The notes below the pieces were generated by a model. That model was not told the origin of the DNA. It saw nothing but the letters and a program-made list of their open reading frames with translations, and did no database searches. This document shows positions 39,104 to 52,750 of a stretch of DNA of 64,000 nucleotides, in pieces (within the stretch, counting starts at the first letter, position 1; each line of letters starts with the position of its first letter). Location: NCBI RefSeq assembly GCF_006345805.1, contig NC_043006.1, positions 37,572,001 through 37,636,000 of the forward strand, given 5' to 3'. The position numbers and the translations under genes were made by a program. The stretch is from Octopus sinensis (taxonomy: Eukaryota).

Positions 39104-40450
39104 ACTAGCAAACGCACCCGTCCTTTGCACGGCTTAAGTTGTTTTGTTGATTTTTTTTTTCATCAAACAACTGAACTACCGAGAAGGTTTATGAGGAGCA
39201 CAGCAATCTGTGTTTCCGATTAACCTAGGAATAGAAAATCTAAATGAAGACTGGTTTTTGTGGAGGTCGTGGTACTTTGATGATCACAGAACATATAAGT
39301 TTGCGAGTGATGCAAAATAGAGCTACTGAAGTGTTTTGGGAGTTAGATTAGGGATAATGACTACAAAATATAGTTGTTTTACATAAAAGCGAAATTTCTT
39401 ATCAGAAACAGCCACACAAATTGTGTAAGGAAATTGAAGGAAGACGTTGAAACCTCCCCTCTTGAGTTTATTTTATTCAACAGCAAAAGGAACTAATTTG
39501 TCGGAGAGATAAGCTAATAAAAGCCCCTTTATTTTGTCTTAGCCTACGCATAGACTAACAACGAATGCCGCATAAAGTTAATTTGGTATGAAGCTTTCTG
39601 AACGATAAGTAACTCAGAATAGGTAAATCCTATTTAGCTGTTATTTTTAGCACACCTCACAACCACCCCAATGTTCGATGACAAAAAGAAACAAGTAAAT
39701 AAACATTTAAGCATTCAACATACATTTAATGCAAATGCGATGAACAATCGTTACATGCGATAAACACATTACATTTTAAATATGTTTAACTACAATTTAA
39801 ATATGTTTAAAAAACAAACATTTAAGCAGCTAGCATCGCCAGTTCATGTTCCCACCACGTCTTTTCATACACATAACATGCCTCTTTTGGGTATATCACC
39901 CTTTTGTTGAAGGTACGATACAGTCTAATCCTCTGTTTTCAGTGTTTCCATAATAGAAGCGAAGTTACTGGAGTTTGCTGCCATCATAGCACAGAACACG
40001 GATCACAGCGTTAAATTTGTCAACATGTGCTTCCTCGCAGATAAAAGACTTTTCAAAACTGTTACTATGGTAACAGGCAAAAGAGTTCTCATGCTCCGCT
40101 TCTTACTTTCGGAAAAGCCATGAATGTGTCTGTGGCTTACGATTGGCTAAAATTACACAAACTTTCAAACTTAAATTACTAACAATTCTTTATTTATTGA
40201 TTGGCGGTGGCAGCGGTGGTGGTAGTGGTGGTGTCGGTGCTGGTAGAAGCAGCAGCTGAATCAGTAGTAGTTGTAGTAGTGGTAATAGTAGTAGCAGCAG
40301 TAGCGGTTGTTGGTGTTGTTGGTGTTGTTTTTTTGTTGTATTACTGTTATGCCCGTCGTAAAAGAATAAGTTAAAAAGATGATGCAAGAATTTTAGAAAG
40401 GAAAACAATTTCAAGACTTTTTCACTTCCCATTATCTACACCACCTGTCT
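39104..40450 (+). mobile_element. Helentron-like element family H3 (3' limit uncertain)
   Basis: 5' ACTAGCAAACGCACCCGTCCTTTGCACGG; a short inverted 5' end of the same family lies at ~35405-35455. Confidence 0.35.
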
Positions 40451-40588
40451 ATATATATATATATATATATATATAAGAATAAATGTTTTTATATATAAAG
40501 AACGTGAAATACAGGAAGGGACGAACAGACAAATCATTCGAAGCCTTCAATCTTCAGTCAGACACCGAATCATCATAGCAAATTTCGA

Positions 40589-40752
40589 TGCGCAGGAGTG
40601 GCTGTGTGGTAAGTAGCTTGTTTACCAACCAGATGGTTCCGGGTTCAGTCCCACTGCGTGGCACCTTGGGCAAGTGTCTTCTACTATAGCCACGGGCCGA
40701 CCAAAGCCTTGTGAGTGGATTTGGTAGATGAAACGGAAAGAAGCCCGTCGTA

Positions 40753-40794
<42 letters not shown>

Positions 40795-41020
40795 TGTGTA
40801 TGTTTCTGTGTCCGTGTTTGTCCCCCTAGCATTGCTTGACAACCGATGCTGGTATGTTTATGTCCCCGTTACTTAGCGGTTCGGCAAAAGAGACCGATAG
40901 AATAAGTACTGTGCTTACAAAAGAATGAGTCCCGGGGTCGAGTTGCTCGATTAAAGGCGGTGCTCCAGCATGGCCGCAGTCAAATGACTGAAACAAGTAA
41001 AAGAGTAAAAGAGTAAAGAG
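40589..41020 (+). mobile_element. S2 SINE, full length
   Basis: GCGCAGGAGTGGCTGTGTGG head through GTAAAAGAGTAAAAGAG tail. Confidence 0.9.
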
Positions 41021-41329
41021 AGATATACAATATATATATATAGAAGCATTCACGCAGAAATCTCAATTCCTTGAATCTGTTTTCTCCAAAAACTGACATC
41101 AGCTCATCCCTACAACAACAACAACCGAAACACCAGCAGCAACGATAGCAGCAGCAACAACAGCAGAAGCAACAACAACAACAGTAACCTCATCAGCAAC
41201 AGCAACAATACTCCGAAGAAATAGACGACTACCAATAACAACAACAACAACAATAACATCATCAACAACAGCAATAACAACAACAACTATAACATCAACA
41301 AATGCGTATTTGGTTAAGTATTTATCGAT

Positions 41330-41585
41330 AAATGACCAAATCCTTTCGCGGCACTATTTGCCATATTCTTTGGTTTGATGTCCACAGCTACGTTCGCATG
41401 ATTCATGATTCAGTATTGAACTGTCTCGGATTGATCTATTTATGTGGACATGTGTGTGTGTGGACATGTGTGTGTGTGGACATGTGTGTGTGTCTGTTTT
41501 TGCATGTGCGCGTGCGTGTGTGTGTGCATGTATGTATATCACAAATATGTATGATGTGTGCGTTCTGTATTAGAATACGATAGGT

Positions 41586-41629
<44 letters not shown>

Positions 41630-42149
41630 CGTATGAATATAGATATGTATGTATATATGTACGTGAGATGTATATAAGTGCATGTATATGTTTGAGTGTA
41701 CGCGTGTATTTACGACAGTGTGTGTGTGTGTGTGTGTGTGTGTGTTGGTGTGAATAAACATAACTTATGTCTTCTGTATAGAAATATGTCTGGTGTACGC
41801 ATGCATGCATGTACGCATATATATATGTATATACGTATATATATACGTATGTAAGGGTGCATACAAATGCATTCATATGTGTGCGTGTGTGTTTATGTGT
41901 GTGTGTGTATGCGTGTGTGTGTGTGCTATGCATGTATGTATATGGATCTGCCTGCACTTGCGTGTCAGAGCATGTGTATATTTTGCATGATAAGGAGCGC
42001 TGCATGGAAAGAGGTGGAAAGATTGGGCGCGTTTATCAGATATCGGTTCCATGTGTGGACTTAATCTTCGTAATCCCGTATACTTAATGGTAAGCAGATC
42101 AATAAACATTACATGCGTAATTATATATTCATATTCATATACATACATG

Positions 42150-42188
<39 letters not shown>

Positions 42189-42224
42189 GCAGACAGACAG
42201 ACAGACAGACAGACAGATAGATAG

Positions 42225-42272
<48 letters not shown>

Positions 42273-42405
42273 GCATACATACATAGATGTGTATGTATAT
42301 ATATATGTTGATATATATCTATTTATATATATTATATGTACGTGTGTGCATATGTGCGTGAATGTATGTGTGCGTGTTTGTGTATGCGTAGATATCGGTA
42401 TATAC

Positions 42406-42446
<41 letters not shown>

Positions 42447-43275
42447 GTGTGTGTGTATTTATATATTACACACACACACACATATACATATATATACACA
42501 TAATATACACATATATATACATATATATATACATATACATATAATATATATATATATATATACATATACATTATACATATACATATATATATTTATGTGT
42601 GTGTGAGAGAGAGAAACTACTTATATCATATATTACATACATGTAGAATCATATATGTACATGTGTATGTATGTATGTATGTATGTATGTATGTATATGT
42701 ATGTGAATTCGTGTGTATATACACATATACATATATATATATACATACACAAACACATACGCACACTCATATTTATGAGTGTGTATGTGCCTATATATGT
42801 ATGTATATATGTATCTACATGCATATATATGTATGCATATATATATGTATGTATACATGTATGTATGTGTGTATATATTTATATATGTACATGAGTGTAT
42901 GAATTGATATATGCTGCATATATAACATTATACATAGCAAGATATTTCTATATATCATAAGTAAGCAGTCTTTCTCTGCTTATTAAATATGAATCTTGGG
43001 TTCTCCGTCTTCCATTTTCTCTAAAACCACTTATTTCAGCTAAAACTACACACACACGCACGCGCGTAGGAATGTACATATACACGTAGACACACACACG
43101 CGCATACGCACACACATATACAAAGACACTCACACACACACACACACACACACACGTGGACACTCACGCACATGATATATGTTTGTGTACAAGTAAATGT
43201 ACGCCGGCATGTTTCTAATGAATGTGTGTATTGCGTGTATGTGTATAAGTATGTATGCATATATTACATATATGC

Positions 43276-43310
<35 letters not shown>

Positions 43311-43386
43311 TGTGTGTGTGTGTACGTATATGTATGTATATATATAGTAATTATTTATATATATATATATTATATATATAATATAT

Positions 43387-43418
<32 letters not shown>

Positions 43419-43740
43419 CATATATAAATAATTACTATTCGATCCTAGGAAAAAACAACTTTCTTCAAAGGGACAGAAAACATCCAATTTTCACTAGTTC
43501 TTCACTTAAATACCACAATACAGTAGCGAGAAAATAAGAATTTAAAATGGTATAATTTCAATAAATAAATATCAAAGGAAACAGAGAAATACAATTGACA
43601 TATTATACATATATTAACATTATAACGTAATATAATTGTGCTATAAAAATATATAATATAATATAATATAATATAATATAATATAATATAATATAATATA
43701 ATATAATATAATATAATATAATATAATGTAATATAACAAA
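41330..43740. repeat. extended compound microsatellite region (TG, TA, GATA, GACA, ATAAT)
   Basis: Direct reading; source of many spurious ORFs. Confidence 0.85.
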
Positions 43741-43866
43741 TAATTAAAACAAATGTATATCACACAATTTGTGTCGATTCATATCCACTAGCAAATTTAT
43801 AAAAAATTCACGTTTAAGTATATGAAGTTTGTCAGGGTAATATTTGTCTAAAATTATAAATATATA

Positions 43867-43950
43867 TACGATCGTTTCATACAAGGACAGGTTTTATTAA
43901 AGTTGCAAAGATTACAGCATATAAACGAGTCCCGTACTCATCAGCTAAAA
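43867..43950 (-). ncRNA. family A hammerhead truncated at the predicted cleavage site
   Basis: Minus strand ..GAAA-C-GATC-G-TA then TA repeat; the 3' strand of helix I is missing. Confidence 0.6.
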
Positions 43951-44172
43951 TACATGTGAGTTCTCTAGACATCCTAGTGTTTGAGGCTATACTCATGAAG
44001 TAATGTAGATAATTAAGTAACATAAACAGATTTCTAAAGTTCATAAAGTTCATTCTAAAGATCTTTAAAGAACTTTAATGAACTTTAGAAATCTGTTTAT
44101 GGTTACTTAATTATCTACATTACTTCATGAGTATAGCCTCAAACACTAGGATGTAGAGAGAACTCACATGTA

Positions 44173-44264
44173 TTTTAGCTGATGAGTACGGGACTCGTTT
44201 TATATGCTGTAATCTTTGCAACTTTTAATAAAACCTGTCCTTGTATGAAACGATCGTACTAAAA
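44173..44264 (+). ncRNA. type I hammerhead ribozyme motif, family A
   Basis: Helix I TTTTAG/CTAAAA; CTGATGA 44179-44185; helix II GTAC/GTAT, GGGAC/GTCCT, GTTTTAT/ATAAAAC; GAAA 44247-44250; helix III in palindrome ACGATCGT; GUA cut after 44258. Confidence 0.8.
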
Positions 44265-44429
44265 AACCTATCCATTCTTGTTGCTTCTTTCTCGCTTATA
44301 ATCACCCCCATTACTGTATTGTTAAATCAGTATAGTTTTTTTGGTGCATCTAAGTTAGGTACCATATTCAAGTAAATTCATTTAATTACTTGAATCTTAT
44401 TGCTCTTTGTATATAATATATATATATAT

Positions 44430-44618
44430 ATTCTTTATTCGTTTCAGTCATTTGACTGTAGCCGTGCTGGAACACCGCCTTTAGTCGGACAAATCGACCG
44501 CAGGACTTACTTTTTGTAAGCATACTTATTCTATCGGTCACTTTGGCCGAACCGCTAAGTTACGGTGACGTAAACATACCAACATCGGTTGACAAGCGAT
44601 TGTGGGGGGGACACAGAC
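44430..44618 (-). mobile_element. S2 SINE 3' half
   Basis: S2 tail up to the position of its microsatellite. Confidence 0.8.
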
Positions 44619-45196
44619 AGAAAAAGGGACAGGCAACAGGTTGCTTGACCGCATACCGAAAAAATAGAAATAGCAGTCAAGAATGCTTATTTCTATCAAA
44701 GTGGGACTCCGGGCACGACAAACCCTGTAATTCACATATGCAAAAACAGAAGGAATAGATATCGAAACGAAGTCTGGTGGTTATCTGTGAACATCATGTT
44801 TCTGGATTATAAACATATTGAATATATATTTCATATATATTTTTGATATATATTTCATATACATTGCATATATATTTCACAATTCTTCAGCACAGCTTTC
44901 CATTGAAATAGATTTATCATAGATTTATCAAATGCTACGTACCTCAACCTTCTGACCATGCGACATCAAAATATTGAAGAAAGCGAGCAAGGCAAAACCT
45001 ACATAGACGTTTGAATTCGTAAATCTCCCTCCAAAATTTTGCCATGCGCATTAAAAATAGTTCCATAGGAGTAGGAACTATTGGGTTGTCGTAAGGGAGT
45101 GAAAAATCCAATTAGTAATATAATAATAAGGGTAAATAATTTCTATAAAGGTTTTTCGGTATGCGGTCAAGCAACCTGTTGCCTGTCCCTTTTTCT
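44619..45196. mobile_element. element with perfect 45-bp inverted ends
   Basis: 44619-44663 is the exact reverse complement of 45152-45196. Confidence 0.6.
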
Positions 45197-46308
45197 TATA
45201 TATAATAGATTATATATATATATAAATGTATGTATATATATATTATATATATATATATATATATTATATATAATATATATAGGTTTACTGTTCCCTTAAA
45301 GTACAATCAACAAGGAAAAGATTTCCCCCCAGTGAGAGATAAATAGCATTTAATGCACACAGTATTTAAACGAGAGCTACTAATGGTTATTTCCCATGGA
45401 AACACTATAATTAGGCAGATTGTATTCTGTATCTACAAGCAATCTTCTGGCTCAGGGCACGTGGTTGTATATATATGTATACATGTGTGTGTGTGCGTGT
45501 ATAGACAAATGTGTATGTATGTATACTATACATATACACACAGATGCATATACACACACACACACACACACAGCCATGCGGTTACAAATAAGCAGCAATC
45601 TCGCTTCTTCAAAAATACTTACTTTAAACCAATAAATTTTTCTAATGACTTTATTTGATGTTGCTACTCTCCTATAATCGGAGTTAAGAAAACTCATGCT
45701 TGTTCATATGACATCTGCCAGGCAAGGGACGGGCACACCTATTGCATTTCGAGATATATATAGCGAAAATCCTATCTCCAACATATACGGTGAGTGGAGG
45801 GGCATATAGACATAACATTCTTGCGTAAATATATACATGTATATATGCATACTTATATACATGCAGAGGTTGATGCTTCCGCACATGCATTCTTCTGCGC
45901 ATACATATATACGTAGATACAATAAATGCATGCATTCATGTAAATGTGCATTCATATCTACATGCAAACATTCATGCATAGATGGTTAAACATGTGGACA
46001 ACATACATATATATGTATACAATATACGCATATAGATATATATATATATAGATCTATATGTATGTATGGTATATAAAATATATATATATATATATATAAT
46101 ATGTATATATATCATGTATTCACTAATATATACTCAAAAACAATACAGGCATGTATACGAGCATACATGCATGAACGCATACATTGATACATGAAATACG
46201 TGCTGAACAGACATAACCTGTGCATGCATACATACACACATACAAGAATACGTACATACATACATATATGCATGCATTCATCTAAATATACGTAACATAC
46301 GTATACAT

Positions 46309-46351
<43 letters not shown>

Positions 46352-47574
46352 GTGCGCGATACACGCGCGCGAACACACACACATGTATGCACGTATGTTA
46401 TATATATATATATATAAACATACGTGCATACATGTGTGTGTGTTCGCGCGCGTGTATACGCGCACATGTAATGCACATTATATGCATTATAACCACGATT
46501 TTGCATCTTTACTTTCTACTTTCTGGTGAAGACTTTTTTCGTGTTTTCTGTCTGAAACATCTACTTTCGTTTTCTTGCATATACATTTTTTTTTATATAA
46601 ATATATTTCATAGATTTTGTCAGTATCTTAATGGCATATAGCTAAGTTACAAGACAGCGATAGTCGGTCTGCAATGAGTCAAAATGACAGCTGGTCTTAA
46701 CTAAAAGCTTTCAATCATGTCGTAGTACTTTAGTCGACTTCAACAAATATCAAAACATTTTCCGTTAGTCAATCGCTCGGTCAGCTGGTTGGGGTGGACG
46801 GTTGGGTAGCTGGCTGGCTGGTTTATTGGTCAGTTCCTTTAGAACGTCTGCTTTACTTTCTTTTATTTCCTCTTTCTCTCTGCATGTGTGTGTATATGTA
46901 AATATATATATGTATATGTAAATGTGTATATATATACACACACACATATATATATATATAATATTCACGCGCCCTTTTTTGTCGTTCCTCGTTCAATCCC
47001 CTATTGATCTCAGATTTATTCATGTTTACCTGCCAACCTTACTCTCCATACTCCCCCACCACCGTCTGCCTGACTATAAGTAATCATCCTTCCATCTAAC
47101 TATATATCTGTCTATCTATCAATCCATCCACGCACAGAGATATACAAACGCACGCACACACACACACATTCACGTACACAAATACACTCTCTGCGCATCA
47201 TATATATATATATATATATATTATAATATATATATACATAGACAGAGAAAGAAAGAGAAAGGTAATTGTTAGACAGATATGTACAATCGCATATACAGAC
47301 ATTAACACACATATGTATGCATATATATATGTGTGTGTATACCTATATATATATATGTATATATAATATATATATATATATATGTCCTGTACTCTATTTT
47401 TCGTTGTTTAAAAAAAATGTCCATTTCCTTGGTTTTGTGGTTATGTTTTCGTTTCTCATTGTGTTCGACGTTTTTTTTTTTTTTGGGGTCCTGTACCCAT
47501 ATATGCATGTATATATACATGTAGAGGTAGGTACGTACATATATGTTATAGATAGCATATGTTTTATTTATTTA

Positions 47575-47617
<43 letters not shown>

Positions 47618-47697
47618 TATTAATGCATGTATGTATGTATATATGTATATGGATATGTATATATATTATATAATATATAACACACACACACACACAA

Positions 47698-47728
<31 letters not shown>

Positions 47729-47835
47729 GATATATATATATATATATACATGTATATATATATACATGTATATATACATGTAGAGGTAGGTACTTACATA
47801 TATGTATATATATATGCATATGTCTTATTTATTTA

Positions 47836-47872
<37 letters not shown>

Positions 47873-47925
47873 GTATATAGATATATAGTTATATTATGTA
47901 TATATATATATATAGTTATATTATG

Positions 47926-47977
<52 letters not shown>

Positions 47978-48348
47978 TATTTATCTATCTTCTATCTTTC
48001 CAGCTTCCCGTCTATTCTGTTATTTTCTAATATATTTCACCTGAAGCCTTGGCTATGATTTTATTGTTTTTGTTTTGTTGTTTTCACTTCCTTTTTGTTT
48101 TTCCTTCTCACTCTGCATTATTTCGACATTTGGATTTTCGTTTTGAAACTCATTTCCAGCCTCGTCCATCCTTTCTTCTGTATTTCTTTAGGTCCTTTGC
48201 CCTATTATCTTCTCTTTCTCTTTCTCTCTTCACGCTTTCACTGCTTCTTTTCTTCTTCCTCCTTTTCTGTCTTAATATTTGCTTCTTTTCCGACTCCGAT
48301 TTTGCCAAGAACTTTACACGCACATACACATATGTGTATATGTATGCA

Positions 48349-48382
<34 letters not shown>

Positions 48383-48396
48383 TGTGTGTGTGTCGT

Positions 48397-48468
<72 letters not shown>

Positions 48469-48751
48469 GTAGATATGTGGTACAGGCGTTTTCCAATCAT
48501 GAAATACATTCTTAACGTAGTTATTCTTGCTTAACCCGAGGTGACTCTGTTTGAGCTATATATACATGTGTGTGTGTCTGTGTGTGTGTGCATATATATA
48601 TATGTATGTATACGTATGTATGTGTATATGTATATATATGTATTTATACAGACAGAAAGACATGGATGGATTGATGGATGGATGAATGGATAGATAGAAG
48701 GATGGATGGATGGATGGACGGACAGACAGACAGACAGACAGATAGACAGAT

Positions 48752-48834
<83 letters not shown>

Positions 48835-48946
48835 CTAAACATGTATTGTAGAAATAATGTAACCATTTTACTATCCCCTGTCAAATGTCTGCAAACTATT
48901 TTCTAATAAAATCCTGAAACCTACATGCACACACATAAATATATAT

Positions 48947-49009
<63 letters not shown>

Positions 49010-49011
<2 letters not shown>

Positions 49012-49860
49012 CAGGAAATCTACAAAACCCTTTTCTTATTTGGAATTTTTAAATTTCAAATCAAATTGTTAAATTGAATTTTATTCCCATTTTTATACTT
49101 GTTCATATAGAAACATTTTCTACCTTTACAATTTCGCATATATCCATTCGCCTCAAATAATATATTATAAAATACCCACGTTTGAAACAGAACTGAAAAA
49201 ATATTTATAAACACATAACCAACAAACACCGCCTCCACAAAATACAAGACCAAAGATTTCTACATATTAATCAAATTACTTATAGAACAATGAGCCCTAG
49301 AGAGTTCAAATCCTCTTATGTGCATCAAAGTACAAGATAAATGAATTTCTATATTAACTTACACCATGTCATTGTAAGGCAAGAACCTCCACCTTCCAAA
49401 AACAAACAGGAAATACGCTAAATAACAATAGCAACAGAAACTGACCAGCCAAACCATACCACCTACATACATTTCTTTGTGAACCCTTAAAAAATTCCAT
49501 TACAAAAGAAGTCGATACCCTTAATTATTAATTTTTTTAAATAATGGACTAAATTTTGAACCTTTGATTCTTTGAATATTGTCAAAGCAAAGGATTAAAT
49601 CCAGTAGGACCAAAAATTACTAAAGCTGTTGGCACGTCCTATACCTATCTACATCCTTTTCGCGAACGATAAAACAACAACCCCATGACAGGAAGGAGTC
49701 ACAACTGGATATACACACCCGTTTATAAAGTTCTACATCCATGAATAAATTCTAAACCCAAATTTAATCAATAAAATTTCTCCAAAACACCTCTATCACA
49801 ACCCATCCTACATCCTAATTACCTCTTTACTGAAACCCACATACCCAAGAAAGAAAGATT
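49010..49860 (+). mobile_element. possible decayed PLE N-terminal region between TA tracts
   Basis: Weak reading FFEYCQSKGLNPVGPKITKAVG; many stops. Confidence 0.3.
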
Positions 49861-49872
49861 TAATTCAATAGT

Positions 49873-49904
<32 letters not shown>

Positions 49905-49917
49905 GATATATATATAT

Positions 49918-49948
<31 letters not shown>

Positions 49949-50003
49949 TATATATGTATGTATGTATGTATGATGTATACATATGTATATTATATATATA
50001 TAA

Positions 50004-50044
<41 letters not shown>

Positions 50045-50201
50045 AGAGATACATACTTATTTATCAACTATTCATTATTGAAGAAATATTGATAAACACG
50101 TAGCCTACAAATTCTTAAACAAGAAAATTATTGAGACTGGCTTCGAAGTTTCGGACAGCAAAGTAGATGTCGGACTGTGCGATGATTTGAAGTGATCGTG
50201 G

Positions 50202-50242
<41 letters not shown>

Positions 50243-50244
<2 letters not shown>

Positions 50245-50442
50245 GTTAATCCAAACATGAAAACACAAAGAGAAAACACAACAACGCGAGAACGTGGAAC
50301 AAGTATAGTATTATTGGACGCTTAGGAAAGAAGGAGTGTTTAACGTTTCGAGCGGAGCTCTTCGTCAGAAACATAGGAAAAGGAAAGATCCAAAGAAGGG
50401 AAGACGGAGGGGAAAAAATCGCCAACGGTACACACGCGGTCA
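50243..50442 (-). mobile_element. ~205-bp family B element, copy 2
   Basis: Same ends as the other two copies; 3' end in (TA)n. Confidence 0.85.
50338..50372 (-). ncRNA. minimal type I hammerhead motif, family B
   Basis: Minus strand GTTT-CTGACGA-A-GAGC-TCC-GCTC-GAAA-CG-TT-AAAC. Confidence 0.72.
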
Positions 50443-50451
50443 TATATAAAA

Positions 50452-50525
<74 letters not shown>

Positions 50526-50553
50526 TATATATTATATATATTATATATATACT

Positions 50554-50577
50554 GTGTAATAATATATATATATATAG

Positions 50578-50609
<32 letters not shown>

Positions 50610-51050
50610 GTTACATTGTTGATACTTTTTTCTGGTTATGTAATTTATCGTAAGTAACAAATTACGTTACAAAATCTGGCGACGAGGGTTTCGAAGTTCA
50701 CGTAGGTTATTTAGCAATTTGTTCGTGATACAACTTCTTAAATAATAGAAGGTCTTTTAGTTTCCATAGTACAGTTGCAAAAGCAATAACAAGAGCGGCA
50801 ACATGAGTTGCAGAAACAACTATTACAACAACAACTACAACAACAACAATTATTGGAGCTATATTCAAAGAAGTCCAAAAATAAGGCAAGTTCGTTTTCG
50901 CCAGACGGCGTTTCGAACTCGATTAATGAATTCAGTTATAACCCAGAGGAAGGTATAACTTTTGCATCGTTCTACAGAGGGTACGAGGAGATTTTAAAGC
51001 AAGATTGCAAATCATGGTCGGACGACCATAAGAAGTCTCTGCCGTGAAGT
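50554..51050 (+). mobile_element. Gypsy-type LTR retrotransposon remnant (LTR end, PBS, gag start)
   Basis: ..TTACGTTACA followed by TGGCGACGAG at 50677-50686; gag-like SNSINEFSYNPEEGITFASFYRGYEEILKQDCKSWSDD. Confidence 0.7.
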
Positions 51051-51735
51051 TTCCTGTAGCACAGCAGAACTCTGACGTTCAATACGCGATGTTCATTATG
51101 GTGTCCCTTCATCTACAGCCGATACTACCCGGATGGCAGTCTAGTTGGCCATTACTCATTCACATGAACACGCTCCGACTTGCTAAAAAGGCATCCATCC
51201 GCAATACCTAAATAATTAACATATCGAATTATAGGGAATTGTTTAGAACAAGTGTTCTCAGTTATTTTCCACAATACCTAGAATCTTCTTTACGTTGGAT
51301 TTGGAACTTAAAGTGGACCGTGAGACTGCATGTATATGTGATTTTACATATACATGTATGTTTATCTCGATCAGTATATTGATCTGTTCATGTGCATATA
51401 CATTTAAGTTGTTGGACAGGTTGGTAAATAACTTAACAATTTGAGGCCGGGTGTGCCTTATTGACATAACGTGCTTTCTTCCGCAGAAGACGGGCGTTGT
51501 TTATTGATACAGCGCTAAATTCTGAAGGAAGGGTGTAGTATAAAAGCCCTTTGATTGATTATCGTCGTGTATGTGTATTCTTTTCTGTTTGTCTGTTACT
51601 TATACCCGACCTTACAGGGTTAATATATGAATGGGTGTCCATATATATAATGTTGATATACGGATATGCTATTCTCGCCCCTAACTTTGGTGCATTATTA
51701 AGATACCTTGATTCAATTAGAACCTGCAAATATTG

Positions 51736-51767
<32 letters not shown>

Positions 51768-52243
51768 TATATATTTGAGTAGTTGAATGAATTATCTTAT
51801 TAAGGATAATTCGAATTAACCGATACCGGGTAGCAAATTCACATAATAAAAAAACACGGTTGAAGTTACGTGCCTAGGGCATAGATTACGTGCTTTCGTG
51901 TGGAAATTTGTATGTTTATTTTTAAAATATTGATATATGAAAGAATGGAGCTGAACGACGAATTAACAAAATTCCTTTATTTTCGACATATGTTTCGAAG
52001 GCTGCATATTCCTAATTGCGAAGGAATAAGGAGTACATTATGCCGCTTTCCTCATCAGGAAAGCAAGGAACTTATGTCAACATCAAAATGCACAAAAAAC
52101 TTTTAGATGATTGCTCACACGGAGCCCATAGCGATAATGAGTGTCTCTTTAAAATATTCCTTTATAAGGAGTGATGTCAAAGTGGTTGAAAGTAGAAGAA
52201 TCTAGAAGGTTCTAAAGGTTCAAGGGTTATTCTCTATGAATAA

Positions 52244-52750
52244 GCCGACCAATTCCCGGACATCTGCCGCGGTCTGTATCGAGACGATTGTCTATTTTAC
52301 CTACAGAATGCTCCGAACAGTATGATACAGAAGACTAAAAACAGATTAGCTAGATTTTTTAGCAGAATGGGCATAAGCATAGTTTTCGACGACGAACTAA
52401 CTAAAGCCAATTTCTTAGATGTTACCCTAAATCTGCATAACAATTCTTACTTCCCTTACCATAAGCCTTCTACTAACCTTAAATATGTCAGCATTTTCAG
52501 TAACCATGCAAAAACTATCACCGATAATTTAGTTAAAAATATATCCTTAAGACTATCAAATTTATCTGCGAATGTCGACGTTTTTAAACAAAAATCGGAA
52601 TTTTATAATGCCGCCTTGTCAAAAGCCGGTTATAGGGATAAGGTATCATATATCGACCCGGCCCAATCTAACGAATATTTGCTTCTCAGGATAAGAAAAC
52701 TAATCAATAGAAATAATGTCATTAATGATTTCAGCTCTAGCAACGTTTGA
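52244..52750 (+). pseudogene. PLE reverse transcriptase fragment
   Basis: YRDD catalytic motif in frame with ORF 52322-52750. Confidence 0.88.

Larger units (their letters stand above)
43867..44409 (+). mobile_element. palindromic PLE pseudo-LTR fragment (family A)
   Basis: Arms 43867-44061 and 44062-44258 are near-perfect inverted repeats with no spacer; same family as 36911-39076. Confidence 0.9.

Noticed and set aside
48000-48330. Charged ORF-like stretch on the minus strand
   Set aside because: Pyrimidine-rich low-complexity tract with stops in every frame over its length
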